Part shown: one piece after another, positions 1 through 9,099 of the stretch
Layout: the number at the start of each line of letters is the position of its first letter
Position numbering within the stretch: position 1 is the first letter of the stretch
Origin: a virus
Lineage: Duplodnaviria > Caudoviricetes
IMG/VR virus record: IMGVR_UViG_3300025084_000071
Location: 1-42,287 of that record
Direction: 5' to 3' (one strand)
Length of the DNA stretch: 42,287 nucleotides
Translations under genes and position numbers: made by a program
Notes under the pieces: model-generated
The model's input: only the letters and a program-made list of their open reading frames with translations
What the model was told of the DNA's origin: nothing
Database searches by the model: none

Positions 1-1
1 C

Positions 2-268
2 CCAGATCGCTCGACAATACGCCATCGAGTCAGCGTAATACTGACCGTTTGCCTCTACCGCTGGGCCGTACACTTCCTTCAAAGAGGAAGAGACTTGGGC
101 TCCAGGAGCGTCGTAGGTTGTTGAGGTTGTGTCCAACCGATAGGCAGGCACGAATAACGGCGATTCGGTTAATCCATAGCCAAAGGTACAGCTGGTGTAC
201 CTGATCTTCATAAAGTCCCAAAGCTCTTCGGGAATTTCGTTGACGCTGTATGTGAAGGAGCTAGACAT
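2..268 (-). CDS. Probable tail/structural protein, 5' part only (runs off the window start)
   Basis: Not in the ORF track. ATG at 268 opens a frame that stays open to the window edge: MSSSFTYSVNEIPEELWDFMKIRYTSCTFGYGLTESPLFVPAYR...EVYGPAVEANGQYYADSMAYCRAIW. It lies downstream of the tail genes on the same strand. Confidence 0.7.
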   Translation of the reverse strand, partial: MSSSFTYSVNEIPEELWDFMKIRYTSCTFGYGLTESPLFVPAYRLDTTSTTYDAPGAQVSSSLKEVYGPAVEANGQYYADSMAYCRAIW

Positions 269-309
269 TTTTCGATCAGGCTGTGGGTTTTATTAACGGT
301 TAAATATGG

Positions 310-1290
310 TTAGCCACTATAAGATCCGTAAGGATTGCCAAGAGGCGAGCCCGGAGCGTTACCACACGAACTAGAATTCCCAGGGCCAGCTGGGTTGCCT
401 GTATTCACGTCACCGATGTTGCCAAGAGGTGGGTTCCCGTTGCCGTCGTTTTCGTTACTTGGGTTGTTAGGGTCGTTACTTCCAGGAGGAGAGCCAGGAT
501 CACCAGGATCGCTACCACCACCGCCTCCACCTCCGCCACCGCCTCCGCCAGGGAAAGGTTGTCTCGCAAAAATCGACGCAGGGTACTTCAAGAAGTAGTA
601 AGACTCTGTCGTAACAGTATCGACCTTACCCCTGTCATCTCCAGGAATTCCATCAGAAGGAACTTGATAGGAAAGTTTGATCTGATCAGGAATAGCTCCT
701 GTTCCAGCTAGCGGGGAAACGGCAACAGCAGTAACGCCCAAAATGGACACCCATTCGCCAGGAGCTACTGAGTCTTGTCCGTCTCCGTCATAGAAAACTC
801 CTGTCTGAAGAGTTCCTGTGTTGTCCTGATAAACGTATTGACCAATAGAGGCAAATGCAGCGGAACAGTTGGCAAAAGTGGTCTGAGCGATATCAAGCTG
901 AACCGGAACTATAGCGGTCAATTCGTCAATCTCTTCCGTCAATGCCATGAGAGTCAACTTGCATCCAATCTCAACTGCAAGCGTCTCCGACTCTGCGTCA
1001 TAGGTAGTGGAGATTATGTACAGGTAGCCGCGAGGATGACGGTAGACACTACCACTGGGGCTAGTCATGTCAAGAAGTACTATGGCACCTCTTTTAAAAA
1101 TGTTTCTGTCATAGTCCTCAATTGGCGGACCTCCAACGCGTCTGCCAAGAACTAGCTGGCCACTTGTCTTAATGCAGCCATTGTTGTACGCGCTATCGTC
1201 AGAGACCTCCCAACTGACAAGTGATGAACTATAATCTATGCCTTTAATAGTAAGACTTCTAATCCTTGTACCAGTTGCTAAGTAAGACAC
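310..1290 (-). CDS. Minor tail / hub-type protein with a Gly-Pro-Asn low-complexity C-terminus
   Basis: 326 aa, three genes downstream of the tape measure gene. Beta-rich N-terminus, then a poly-Gly run and a PGSPPGSNDPNNP tract. Confidence 0.6.
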   Translation of the reverse strand: MSYLATGTRIRSLTIKGIDYSSSLVSWEVSDDSAYNNGCIKTSGQLVLGRRVGGPPIEDYDRNIFKRGAIVLLDMTSPSGSVYRHPRGYLYIISTTYDAESETLAVEIGCKLTLMALTEEIDELTAIVPVQLDIAQTTFANCSAAFASIGQYVYQDNTGTLQTGVFYDGDGQDSVAPGEWVSILGVTAVAVSPLAGTGAIPDQIKLSYQVPSDGIPGDDRGKVDTVTTESYYFLKYPASIFARQPFPGGGGGGGGGGGGSDPGDPGSPPGSNDPNNPSNENDGNGNPPLGNIGDVNTGNPAGPGNSSSCGNAPGSPLGNPYGSYSG

Positions 1291-1292
1291 TA

Positions 1293-1691
1293 TTAAACCT
1301 CCTCTAAACCGAAAGAAACCAGAGTTGACTTAGGGCTAAGCCTCACGAAAGAAGGAGGAGTGACAAAGATAGCATTAGTAGAAATTGAAGGCCCCCAGGT
1401 TTGGTCCGTTACACCACAAGCAGCAGGTAAGCCCAAAGACCTGTCGTGATCCCATGACTGAAACAAAAGGTCTACCTGATAAGCGTCAGGTGCATCCAGG
1501 ATAGAAGAAATGACCCACTGATACTTCTGCCTAAAGGCTGGGCCAGTCAACACCGCAGCACCGTTAGCTGACAATGACAGGGACGATGATGATTGATAAC
1601 TTCTTGGCATTTCATTGGAGCCAAAATTATCTAACACTACACTAATAACGGACCCCACCGAAGGCGTAAAAGATACTCCGATCTGTGACAT
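1293..1691 (-). CDS. Putative distal-tail / minor tail protein
   Basis: 132 aa, Ser/Val-rich, located between the tape measure and minor tail genes, with the conserved promoter-like motif upstream. Confidence 0.5.
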   Translation of the reverse strand: MSQIGVSFTPSVGSVISVVLDNFGSNEMPRSYQSSSSLSLSANGAAVLTGPAFRQKYQWVISSILDAPDAYQVDLLFQSWDHDRSLGLPAACGVTDQTWGPSISTNAIFVTPPSFVRLSPKSTLVSFGLEEV

Positions 1692-1719
1692 CCTGGTGAC
1701 TCTAACTGGGCTAGGTTGC

Positions 1720-2088
1720 CTAAGAGATGATCCCAGCTAACTTCTTGTACTTGGTAACAGTTTCTTCGCTATATCCTGTTACATAGATGTGCCTGTTTCC
1801 CTTGATAGCGGTCACAAAGTCTTCTGATTTGTTGGCCAGTAACGTAAAGGCATTGTCATAAATCTCCATAAGTGACTGCATCACGTCCTCTGGCACTTCT
1901 GCTCTCATCGCTAAAAAGACAGCCCTGTAAAGATAAGCAAAGGCAATCTCCAAATCCTTTTTACTAAGCTCGTCCAACGGAACATCTGGGATCTTTGGGC
2001 CATCCATGCTTTTTGAATCCAGCCAAAGAAGCTCAGCGGTTGCCTTGGGATCACCGAAAAAGAACATGCTTAACCCATACCTGATCAA
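1720..2088 (-). CDS. Hypothetical protein
   Basis: 122-aa ORF overlapping the tape measure stop codon. The true start may be the internal Met (MFFFGDP). Confidence 0.65.
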   Translation of the reverse strand: MIRYGLSMFFFGDPKATAELLWLDSKSMDGPKIPDVPLDELSKKDLEIAFAYLYRAVFLAMRAEVPEDVMQSLMEIYDNAFTLLANKSEDFVTAIKGNRHIYVTGYSEETVTKYKKLAGIIS

Positions 2089-4901
2089 TTGTACCGAAGG
2101 CGCTTTAATTTCGCAAGTTCAACCATCACATGAGAAGCCGTTTTGTTTGTATTTGCTGATTGAATTGTCACGTTGTTTGTGACCGTGTCTCCACCAAGAG
2201 CACCGACGAGAGCTTTTACCATTCTGCCCATGTTAGTACCGCCACGAGCAGCACTCAAGGACGCAGCACCAGTTTTGTTAATATTGACTCCACCATTAGG
2301 AATATCCAGTTTTCTGGTCAGGTGAGCTGGAATAACCGTTCCATCGCTAGGAGCAGTCCACTTGCCCCCTCTGTCGTTAATCATACTGAGCTTGCCACTG
2401 GCGGACAGGAAAGCTTCCTTGCCAAGCTCATTGACCCATGAAGTAGTACCTGCCGCGATAGGACCACCAGCAAAGTTTGTCGTTAAAGGTGTACCAGGAG
2501 TACCAGGAGTACCAGAAGTACCAGAAGTACCATTACTCCCAGAAGACCTGGCTGCGTTAGCATTTCTGATTGCCCTTGCCAATCTATTTGCCTGCGTTGT
2601 AGCTGTAGCCAGATCTCCAGTTAGTTTTACTACTGTGGTTTGTGTAGCCCTCACAGCACCGGCAGTAGCGTCTATCTGCCTGGTCAATCCTTTGGCAGTT
2701 TTAATGCTATTGTCAATCTCTTTTGTGAATGCCTCCTGCTCAACTTGACTTTCCTTAAGTCTCGTTTTCTGGTTTCTGGCTTCTTCCTTTGACTTAGTGA
2801 TAATGTCACCAAATTTCCTGTCAATTTCTCCTAGTTTGATCTTCCGTTCCGTCTCGAGATCCAGCAAGCTTTTGGTTTCTTTCTTTTCGGCCTCTTTCTT
2901 TTGTACCATCAATGCCTGGATTTTTTCGTTTGCCTGCATCCTTTCGAGTCGTGCCTTAAGGCTAAGTTCTTCTTCTCTATCGAGCCCACCAGCTTCTAAT
3001 TTGGCTGCAATTTGTTGTTTTTGTAGCTCATAAAGAGCTTTTTCGGCAGGAGTTTTATCTCTTAAGTGCCCGATTTCTTCCGCGTATTTTTCGCGAATTT
3101 TAGAAAGAGTTTCGTCAATATGCTGCTTCTCTGTTTCGTACTTTTCGTTTACCGCTTGTTTAGCGGCTTCCATGCCTATCTTGGCTTGTTCTATTTTATC
3201 TTTTTCATCTTGAATTAATTGTTTAATATTTGCTTGCTCCTCTTTAAACATTTCAATACGTTTTTGCTTTTGAGCCTCTAACTTTTCGACAACTACGCCT
3301 AATTCTTCGGTTATTCTCTTAACTTCCGCCTGTTGTTCCTTATATTCTTCAACTGCTTTACTCTGGCCAATCTTGTTTGCGTACTCCTGAGCCTTCTCCG
3401 AAAGCTCACCAGTAGCCTCGCCTGCATTGGCGATCTCGGCCTGTAATTCCAATGTCTCGTTCTTGGACTCGTTCATCTTACTACCGAGAACTGCGACTGC
3501 CACCCCCGCGGCTGCGACACCGGCAGCAATAGCAACCCAATTGCCGGTAAGACCTGCGAAGAAAGCCTGCGCGATATTCAATGTAGCCTGTGCAGCAGCC
3601 CAGCCTTTGACGGCAAGGACGATAGCACTAATCCCGGCTGCAATCGCGCCCCAATTAAGCACCACCATGACGGCGGCAAAAGCAGTAAGGCCTACAACAA
3701 GAGCTGAGACAGCTAATAACAAAGAATCCATGTTCGTTGCGATCAGATTTACGCCGTCAGCAAAAAGTTTCATACTACCAGAGACAATGCCGCCAAAACT
3801 CTGGTCGATCAAGTTGAAACTTTCGATAAATTCTTTGGATAAATTTTGCATCGCAGCCTCGATAGCAGCGAAACGACCAGTAAAGGTCTCCTGCATTCTT
3901 TGGCCAATTTCAAAAAAAGCTGTTCCTTTCCGCGTCATTAGCTCAAGCGCAGCGGACACCTCAGTGCCAGTAATTTGCCCCTCTCTCGCCATCTCTTTTA
4001 ATTCGCCAACGTTTTTGCCAGTAGCGACAGAAAGTTGCTCCCATATAGGAATACCTTGAATGGCAAACTGAGTCAAGTCACGAGTATATGCTCGACCTTG
4101 GGCTACAATCTGACCCATATTTCTAGCTAGTAGATTTATATCCCCACCAGTAGCTGCTGAGACAAGAGCAAGTTGCTTAGTTGTCTTAACAGCATCTTTG
4201 GTCGTCATCCCGAAGGCCATCATGATCTTGCCAGCGCTTGCAACCTGTTCAAGGTTCAAAGGACTATTGGCCGCGATATTAAGGAACTGAGAAAAAGCTT
4301 TTTCAGCGCCTTCAGAACTTCCTACAAATGCTTCTAACTGAAGGCTCAGTGTCTCCATCCTGAATGCCGTCTGCACCATTTCGCCGATTTTTGCCATTAA
4401 CTGGATTACGCCTGTCGTGGCCAAATTCGCCGCTGTCTGCATTCCAATAAATTTAGCGCCGATAGCCTCAAGCCCACCGCCGCTGGTCTTCATTTTCCCC
4501 AGCTCTGTACTAACCTGTTTTATCCTGCCCGTAAGCTTCTGCCATTCTGCTGTAAGCTGCCTGGTCCCAGTTTTAAATTTTTGAGTATCTCCTAAAAGAG
4601 TTTTTAAGACGGCTTGCTGTTTTTTGAGCTGATTAGGTGTTTTACCTAATTCTCCGTTGACAGCCTTGTAGGCGGTAGCCAGTCTACTTGATTCTTGCTT
4701 AAGATTCTGGACTTCTTTTGCTACAAGCTTTCCGTTTTTAAATTCTACCTTGATTTCTGTCTGCAGTGTCTGATTGAATGCCGTGTTTAATTTTGACTTT
4801 GCTTGAGCGGCTCCCTTGTCAAAAATCTCAAAAAAATCATTAATAGCCGATACGGCCTTGCTCTGATCTACCTGAAGATTAAAAGTAAGATTTTCAGCCA
4901 C
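2085..4901 (-). CDS. Tail tape measure protein
   Basis: 938 aa. Tape-measure core (NSPLNLEQV..AGKIMMAFG..RNMGQI.AQGRA...DL.QFA..GIPIWEQL), an Ala-rich hydrophobic segment, a long coiled coil and a C-terminal FAGGP...WVNELGKE motif. GTG start. Confidence 0.92.
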   Translation of the reverse strand: MAENLTFNLQVDQSKAVSAINDFFEIFDKGAAQAKSKLNTAFNQTLQTEIKVEFKNGKLVAKEVQNLKQESSRLATAYKAVNGELGKTPNQLKKQQAVLKTLLGDTQKFKTGTRQLTAEWQKLTGRIKQVSTELGKMKTSGGGLEAIGAKFIGMQTAANLATTGVIQLMAKIGEMVQTAFRMETLSLQLEAFVGSSEGAEKAFSQFLNIAANSPLNLEQVASAGKIMMAFGMTTKDAVKTTKQLALVSAATGGDINLLARNMGQIVAQGRAYTRDLTQFAIQGIPIWEQLSVATGKNVGELKEMAREGQITGTEVSAALELMTRKGTAFFEIGQRMQETFTGRFAAIEAAMQNLSKEFIESFNLIDQSFGGIVSGSMKLFADGVNLIATNMDSLLLAVSALVVGLTAFAAVMVVLNWGAIAAGISAIVLAVKGWAAAQATLNIAQAFFAGLTGNWVAIAAGVAAAGVAVAVLGSKMNESKNETLELQAEIANAGEATGELSEKAQEYANKIGQSKAVEEYKEQQAEVKRITEELGVVVEKLEAQKQKRIEMFKEEQANIKQLIQDEKDKIEQAKIGMEAAKQAVNEKYETEKQHIDETLSKIREKYAEEIGHLRDKTPAEKALYELQKQQIAAKLEAGGLDREEELSLKARLERMQANEKIQALMVQKKEAEKKETKSLLDLETERKIKLGEIDRKFGDIITKSKEEARNQKTRLKESQVEQEAFTKEIDNSIKTAKGLTRQIDATAGAVRATQTTVVKLTGDLATATTQANRLARAIRNANAARSSGSNGTSGTSGTPGTPGTPLTTNFAGGPIAAGTTSWVNELGKEAFLSASGKLSMINDRGGKWTAPSDGTVIPAHLTRKLDIPNGGVNINKTGAASLSAARGGTNMGRMVKALVGALGGDTVTNNVTIQSANTNKTASHVMVELAKLKRLRYN
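2491..2531. repeat. 9-bp in-frame tandem repeat (GTACCAGGA x2, GTACCAGAA x2, plus a partial copy) encoding GTSGTSGTPGTPGT in the tape measure protein
   Basis: Read directly from the sequence. Confidence 0.85.
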
Positions 4902-4930
4902 GCCAGAACCAAAGCTGGACTAGGCTTCCC

Positions 4931-4955
4931 AATAAAAAGACCCCTTTCGGGGTCG
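4931..4955 (-). terminator. Intrinsic terminator after the tail tube gene
   Basis: Minus strand GACCCC-GAAA-GGGGTC followed by TTTTTATT. Confidence 0.8.
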
Positions 4956-4979
4956 CTTGCTATTCTTGCTTTATAGCTA

Positions 4980-5573
4980 TTAAACGATAGGATCAAGGTC
5001 AAGACGGTATGCGCCATATCCAGTGATCGAGCACTCCCAGGAAACGATAGACGAAACGTCGTTGCTTTCTGTATAACCCATCAAGGTTCCGTAACCATAT
5101 ACTGACTCAACAGAGCCGGTCGGGCCTACGCGCACCAGTTTGACACGCAAGCTGTCTCCCACTGTATTGGCTTCAGTCAATCTAAGCACTTGATAGCCAG
5201 TATCTTTAAAGTCAGCAACTCCTGCCATCGAAATAGTGAAGCTCTTAGTCGTAGCTACGGCCTGGTTGAAACCTTTTGTAGTGTCGTCATAGGTATAAAC
5301 ATCTTCAGAGCCAGTATCGGTCTCAAGAGATGCCGACGTCAACCCGGCCAGGCGAACGGGATCGTCAGTGCCGTCCATCGCGAAGACAGTGCCACCAACA
5401 GTGAAAACACCAGCAGCGTAACTTACAGCACCCGTAGCGAGTGAAGTGGAGTCAATAAACCCACCGGTTGGGCTATCGGCTGAGGTAACGCCAGTAAATG
5501 CTACATCAACGGATGAAGACGCAAGGGGGACGATGAAAAAGTCGTACCCAAAGGCCGCAGAGAAATTTGCCAT
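4980..5573 (-). CDS. Major tail tube protein
   Basis: About 197 aa from MANFSAAFGY. Beta-rich with tube-like motifs (LETDTGSEDVYTYDD; GYTESNDVSSIVSWECSITGYG). Sits directly upstream of the tape measure gene and is followed by a terminator. Confidence 0.8.
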   Translation of the reverse strand: MANFSAAFGYDFFIVPLASSSVDVAFTGVTSADSPTGGFIDSTSLATGAVSYAAGVFTVGGTVFAMDGTDDPVRLAGLTSASLETDTGSEDVYTYDDTTKGFNQAVATTKSFTISMAGVADFKDTGYQVLRLTEANTVGDSLRVKLVRVGPTGSVESVYGYGTLMGYTESNDVSSIVSWECSITGYGAYRLDLDPIV

Positions 5574-5649
5574 TTGAGAAACGGGCTGAACCCGCATGAA
5601 GGTATCTCGGACCTTCTCGGCCCGTTATATTATCTTTCCAATATTTTGA

Positions 5650-6087
5650 TTATACAGAAAGAACAGGCATATTCGATTTGATAAATACTTTGATCTGAAC
5701 AAGAGACCCCAAGCCGTCTGGAGTAGCTACTGTCTGCACGGCCTCAGAGCCTCCGAACCGCCTCAAGATATGATTGGCGGCTAATTGCATATCAGCGCCA
5801 GTGGAAGGCTTCCAGGCCACTAAGAAGACGCTCCACGTAGTCACAATATCAGTGGAGCCAGTCATGTAAGACTGAAGCCTGCTGTTTCCAGCGTCTTGAA
5901 TAACACATTCCACGCCTTCAACATTACGAATAGACGGGATATCTTCACCAGCACTTACAACTGACAAGGCTGTGATCGGGCCACCACCATTTTTAAAATT
6001 ATATGTACCTAAAAAACCAGTAAAAACATTATCAGCAGCTAAGACATCGTAAATGACCTGAGCTGTTGTAGGAAATTGCTGGGTCAT
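5650..6087 (-). CDS. Putative tail terminator / tail completion protein
   Basis: 145 aa immediately upstream of the tail tube gene; size and position are typical. Confidence 0.55.
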   Translation of the reverse strand: MTQQFPTTAQVIYDVLAADNVFTGFLGTYNFKNGGGPITALSVVSAGEDIPSIRNVEGVECVIQDAGNSRLQSYMTGSTDIVTTWSVFLVAWKPSTGADMQLAANHILRRFGGSEAVQTVATPDGLGSLVQIKVFIKSNMPVLSV

Positions 6088-6156
6088 AAGTCTTGGCGCG
6101 TCGTTTTTAGTATGCCGCTACGGTATTCTTACTATAGACAAACCACTGGAGGCCCT

Positions 6157-6213
6157 ATGCAGCCTAAGTTCAAAGAGATTCCTCTCAGTGATGTTGTCCG
6201 AAATATAATCTGA
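6157..6213 (+). CDS. 18-aa leader ORF (MQPKFKEIPLSDVVRNII) coupled to the HNH gene
   Basis: GGAGG at 6148-6152 precedes ATG 6157; its TGA overlaps the HNH ATG (TGATG). Confidence 0.45.
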   Translation: MQPKFKEIPLSDVVRNII

Positions 6214-6656
6214 TGCATCGAGATTACGCTCCCGTTTACGAACGAATTTCAGATTATTTATTCAACATGTCTGCTTTAACGAGAAAAGAAGCCCGTCACC
6301 AATGGCGCGAGGCTATTAAAGAATGCTGGGACAACCGTTGTGCATACTGCGGTAAGCCTCCTATTGATGACGACAGCCTTACCATGGATCACGTCAAGCC
6401 TCGCAGCGCAGGTGGCGAAGACCGGACCAGTAATTGCATCCCAGCTTGCATGGAATGCAATCAAGCCAAGTCAAGCTTAGAATGGATGGCATGGTATCGT
6501 ATGCAACCCTTTTACTCTATTGAAAGCGAGTGGAGGATAAGGCAATGGCTGTCTCGTGATTTAGCCAGGTTTAGCCATTACGACGAAAGCGATTCTCGCA
6601 TAGTAGATGAATATGCTAACAAAATCATGGGCTGTTGGCCTACAGGTAAAGAATGA
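6213..6656 (+). CDS. HNH endonuclease
   Basis: CAYCG...TMDHVKPRSAGG...NCIPACMECNQAK, a classic zinc-binding HNH motif. Confidence 0.92.
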   Translation: MHRDYAPVYERISDYLFNMSALTRKEARHQWREAIKECWDNRCAYCGKPPIDDDSLTMDHVKPRSAGGEDRTSNCIPACMECNQAKSSLEWMAWYRMQPFYSIESEWRIRQWLSRDLARFSHYDESDSRIVDEYANKIMGCWPTGKE

Positions 6657-7260
6657 CGTCCTCTTCTGCCACTACTTTAGTATGTATGGGAGGTACTCTT
6701 AGTGGGACAATGTTTCCCTTTCCGTCGCTAAAGTTTCTTGTTTGGTCACCAGCCGATTCCCTTGCGATTAGCAAGCCCTGGTAGCCAAGGTCAGTCTTGA
6801 CTGGATGAAGCAGTAGAGCGTCTTCTGATACGAATCCAGGGATTCCTGGAACATAAGCAGGGTCAGCCATCGCTAATAGTTCTTTAAAACAGAACAAAGC
6901 CCAAGAAGGAAATGTTCCATTGTTAACCATACAAAGGGCTGCAGAGCCATAATGACTTGAGGGCTTATCCCCAGAAATTGCTGGCTTGAAAAAAGAAAAG
7001 TCTTCTAGCTTGTAGGGCTCCACTTTTTTCTTAACATCCCGCTGTTGATTGGCCAGTAGCGCTGTCTGCTGGGCTATTGGTAGCTCATATTGATATAGAC
7101 TTTCTTGTTGCATCTTGACTCCAATCTTCACGGCATTTAGCACATAACCATAGGATAGGTCTCCATAACGCTCTACTGAGAATTCTGGATCACCAGGAAA
7201 GAGCCGCTTGAGCTGCCAGTAGAACGCCTCAAACGGAATAATTCGCTCTCCTGGACTTAC
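6640..7260 (-). CDS. Tail assembly chaperone T-type frame (C-terminal part of a -1 frameshift G-T fusion)
   Basis: The frame of ORF 6640..7143 stays open upstream to 7260 (VSPGERIIPFEAFYWQLKRLFPGDPEF...) and meets the end of the 7257..7778 ORF in the -1 frame. Confidence 0.65.
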   Translation of the reverse strand, partial: VSPGERIIPFEAFYWQLKRLFPGDPEFSVERYGDLSYGYVLNAVKIGVKMQQESLYQYELPIAQQTALLANQQRDVKKKVEPYKLEDFSFFKPAISGDKPSSHYGSAALCMVNNGTFPSWALFCFKELLAMADPAYVPGIPGFVSEDALLLHPVKTDLGYQGLLIARESAGDQTRNFSDGKGNIVPLRVPPIHTKVVAEEDVILYL

Positions 7261-7778
7261 TTTTCCGTCGAAGAGTTTTCTTCTTGAATTTTCTCAAAAG
7301 CTTCTACAGATTTAGCATCCTCTTCAGTAAAAAGCTCGTATAAAGCATCTACGACATCAGGATGAAGCCCCAGCGTATCTTCGATCGTCCAGTCCTGTGA
7401 GATACGAAAATAAAGAAGGCAGCTGGCTGCTACAATTTTACGTCGCTGCTCAAACGTAGACATCACAGTAACTATATCATCGATGTCTGCTTCATAACCA
7501 GCTAAGCAATCAGCGGCAAAATCACCAGCTCCAAGGGCGGAAATAACTTCTTGAGGTTGAGTGCCTTTCTCCTTTGCAATACGACCCGCAAGTCGATTTA
7601 GCCGACCAATAGTCTCATCAGATGCAGAAGCTTGCTGGATAAAGGTTTTTTCAGCAACAGTCAAGTACCCTTTGCGTTCAATTTCAAATTGGCCCGATTC
7701 TTCCGACCCAATAGTCTCAAGGATTGGTTTTCTGCGAGGAGCAACTACAAAAGGCAACTTTACTTTCTTTTTAGTCAT
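7257..7778 (-). CDS. Tail assembly chaperone G-like protein
   Basis: 173 aa, acidic and helical, ending in G GAA AAG TAA (a slippery site just before the stop). Confidence 0.65.
   Translation of the reverse strand: MTKKKVKLPFVVAPRRKPILETIGSEESGQFEIERKGYLTVAEKTFIQQASASDETIGRLNRLAGRIAKEKGTQPQEVISALGAGDFAADCLAGYEADIDDIVTVMSTFEQRRKIVAASCLLYFRISQDWTIEDTLGLHPDVVDALYELFTEEDAKSVEAFEKIQEENSSTEK
7260..7266 (-). promoter_or_regulatory. Putative -1 ribosomal frameshift site G_GAA_AAG
   Basis: The heptamer directly precedes the stop codon and resembles the lambda G/T site G_GGA_AAG; the -1 frame is open for about 200 codons. Confidence 0.65.
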
Positions 7779-7816
7779 TCGTCTAAGTATGATGAAGTAT
7801 AGTACCTATCACCCTG

Positions 7817-8335
7817 TTAAATCTCGCTCCATGCGTCCCTAATGGCTCGCCCATAAATCTCTTTAAGTGGAAGCTTTTCCATGCCATAGGTGCCATAAAG
7901 AACAGCTTCTACCCAAGGTCTTGCTGGTACTAAAACTGAAGCCGCGTTTTTGTTCCCGTAAGGCTGTATGATTCCGCCAAAATGGACGAATTTAGCGTAA
8001 GGAGCTGTGTAATTGATTGAAAAAACTGTATTGCCTGGATATTGAGCGTATTTAACTTGTTTTGATGATTTCAACTGCCCCGTATCCACGATATTCCTAG
8101 GCGTACTGACGGTGCTGCCATTTTTTCGCAAAGTAGTCCTATCCCATCCCCAGACACTGGCATCCATAGCCTTGTCAAGGCCTGTGTCAAGCTCTCTACC
8201 CACCATTCTCGCTCCCTCCCTCATGCCTTTAAGCAAAGCAAGGTCAGTTCTTGCTCGAAGTAATGGATTTTTCCAACTTACATTTACCTTAGGTGGAGAA
8301 AGAGAAAGAGTTGACTTGAAATTAAAATCAGACAT
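7817..8335 (-). CDS. HK97 gp10-like neck / tail-completion protein
   Basis: PRNIVDTGQLKSS...YTAPYAKFVHFGG...PARPWV motifs typical of the HK97-gp10 family. Confidence 0.75.
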   Translation of the reverse strand: MSDFNFKSTLSLSPPKVNVSWKNPLLRARTDLALLKGMREGARMVGRELDTGLDKAMDASVWGWDRTTLRKNGSTVSTPRNIVDTGQLKSSKQVKYAQYPGNTVFSINYTAPYAKFVHFGGIIQPYGNKNAASVLVPARPWVEAVLYGTYGMEKLPLKEIYGRAIRDAWSEI

Positions 8336-8845
8336 TTAGTTTTGCACTTCCCCTCCTGTTATTTGAATCTGAACTCCACCAATCTCATTGTAAATAATTT
8401 CATCAATACCTTGGCCACCAAAAACTCCGCTGGATCGCTGGATCTTGGCGGCAGGCATTATGGGGTCTTGGCCGAAACGAAAAGAGCATTCAGTACCTGT
8501 AGATAACCATGTAAATTGTGTAGTGACCTCTGCCCAGGCTAATCCAGCCTCGCTAGATGTCTCCAAGTCCCAATCTCCAGGCACTTGTACATATTCAAGA
8601 GCATATCCACGATAATAGAACTGATCACCACTCGCTCCTGGCAACATCTCTCCATTTAGCTGCGATTCCAGTGCAATCTGCTTGCTTCCTGAAGAAACCC
8701 CATTGTATTGAGCCCTTTTAATAAAAAGCTTGACTAGATAGGCATTTGCCGTAGATGTTACCCATCTTCCATTCACTTGAGTCACTGTGCCCTCATCAGG
8801 AACCAGCAGTCTCCCGTTCTGATACGCCAACAATGGAGATGCCAT
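8336..8845 (-). CDS. Putative head-closure / head-tail joining protein
   Basis: 169 aa, directly upstream of the gp10-like gene; the call is positional. Confidence 0.45.
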   Translation of the reverse strand: MASPLLAYQNGRLLVPDEGTVTQVNGRWVTSTANAYLVKLFIKRAQYNGVSSGSKQIALESQLNGEMLPGASGDQFYYRGYALEYVQVPGDWDLETSSEAGLAWAEVTTQFTWLSTGTECSFRFGQDPIMPAAKIQRSSGVFGGQGIDEIIYNEIGGVQIQITGGEVQN

Positions 8846-8892
8846 GCGCCTTTACCTAAATCAAGCTAGGCTTCCAGCTCTAACAGAGCTTA

Positions 8893-9099
8893 TTACCAAC
8901 TCGGACTTTCGTCCTCGTTTGGTTTAAAAAATATAGATTCAAGAGACATTGCAAATAAGCATTTCTGCAGTCTTTGGAGTGTGATCTGTTCTTCTGGTGG
9001 CCTAGCTGGTGAGCCTGGCCATAGCCTTATAGCTTCATTTACTGAATAATAAAGTGCATTTAGCTCTTCATCATCAATAGTCAGATCAAATTCGGACAT
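8893..9099 (-). CDS. Small hypothetical protein (WPGSPARPPEEQ motif)
   Basis: 68 aa; ATG overlaps the upstream stop (TAATG). Confidence 0.7.
   Translation of the reverse strand: MSEFDLTIDDEELNALYYSVNEAIRLWPGSPARPPEEQITLQRLQKCLFAMSLESIFFKPNEDESPSW

Noticed and set aside
30-221. 63-aa minus-strand ORF from the track
   Set aside because: Out of frame within the better ORF starting at ATG 268.
335-5444. Plus-strand ORFs such as 335..598, 775..1155, 2362..2748, 3427..4059 and 5190..5444
   Set aside because: Antisense shadows of well-supported tail genes, with no motifs.
5575-5626. tRNA gene, suggested by GGGTTCA
   Set aside because: Only about 50 nt with no cloverleaf; kept as a structured leader instead.
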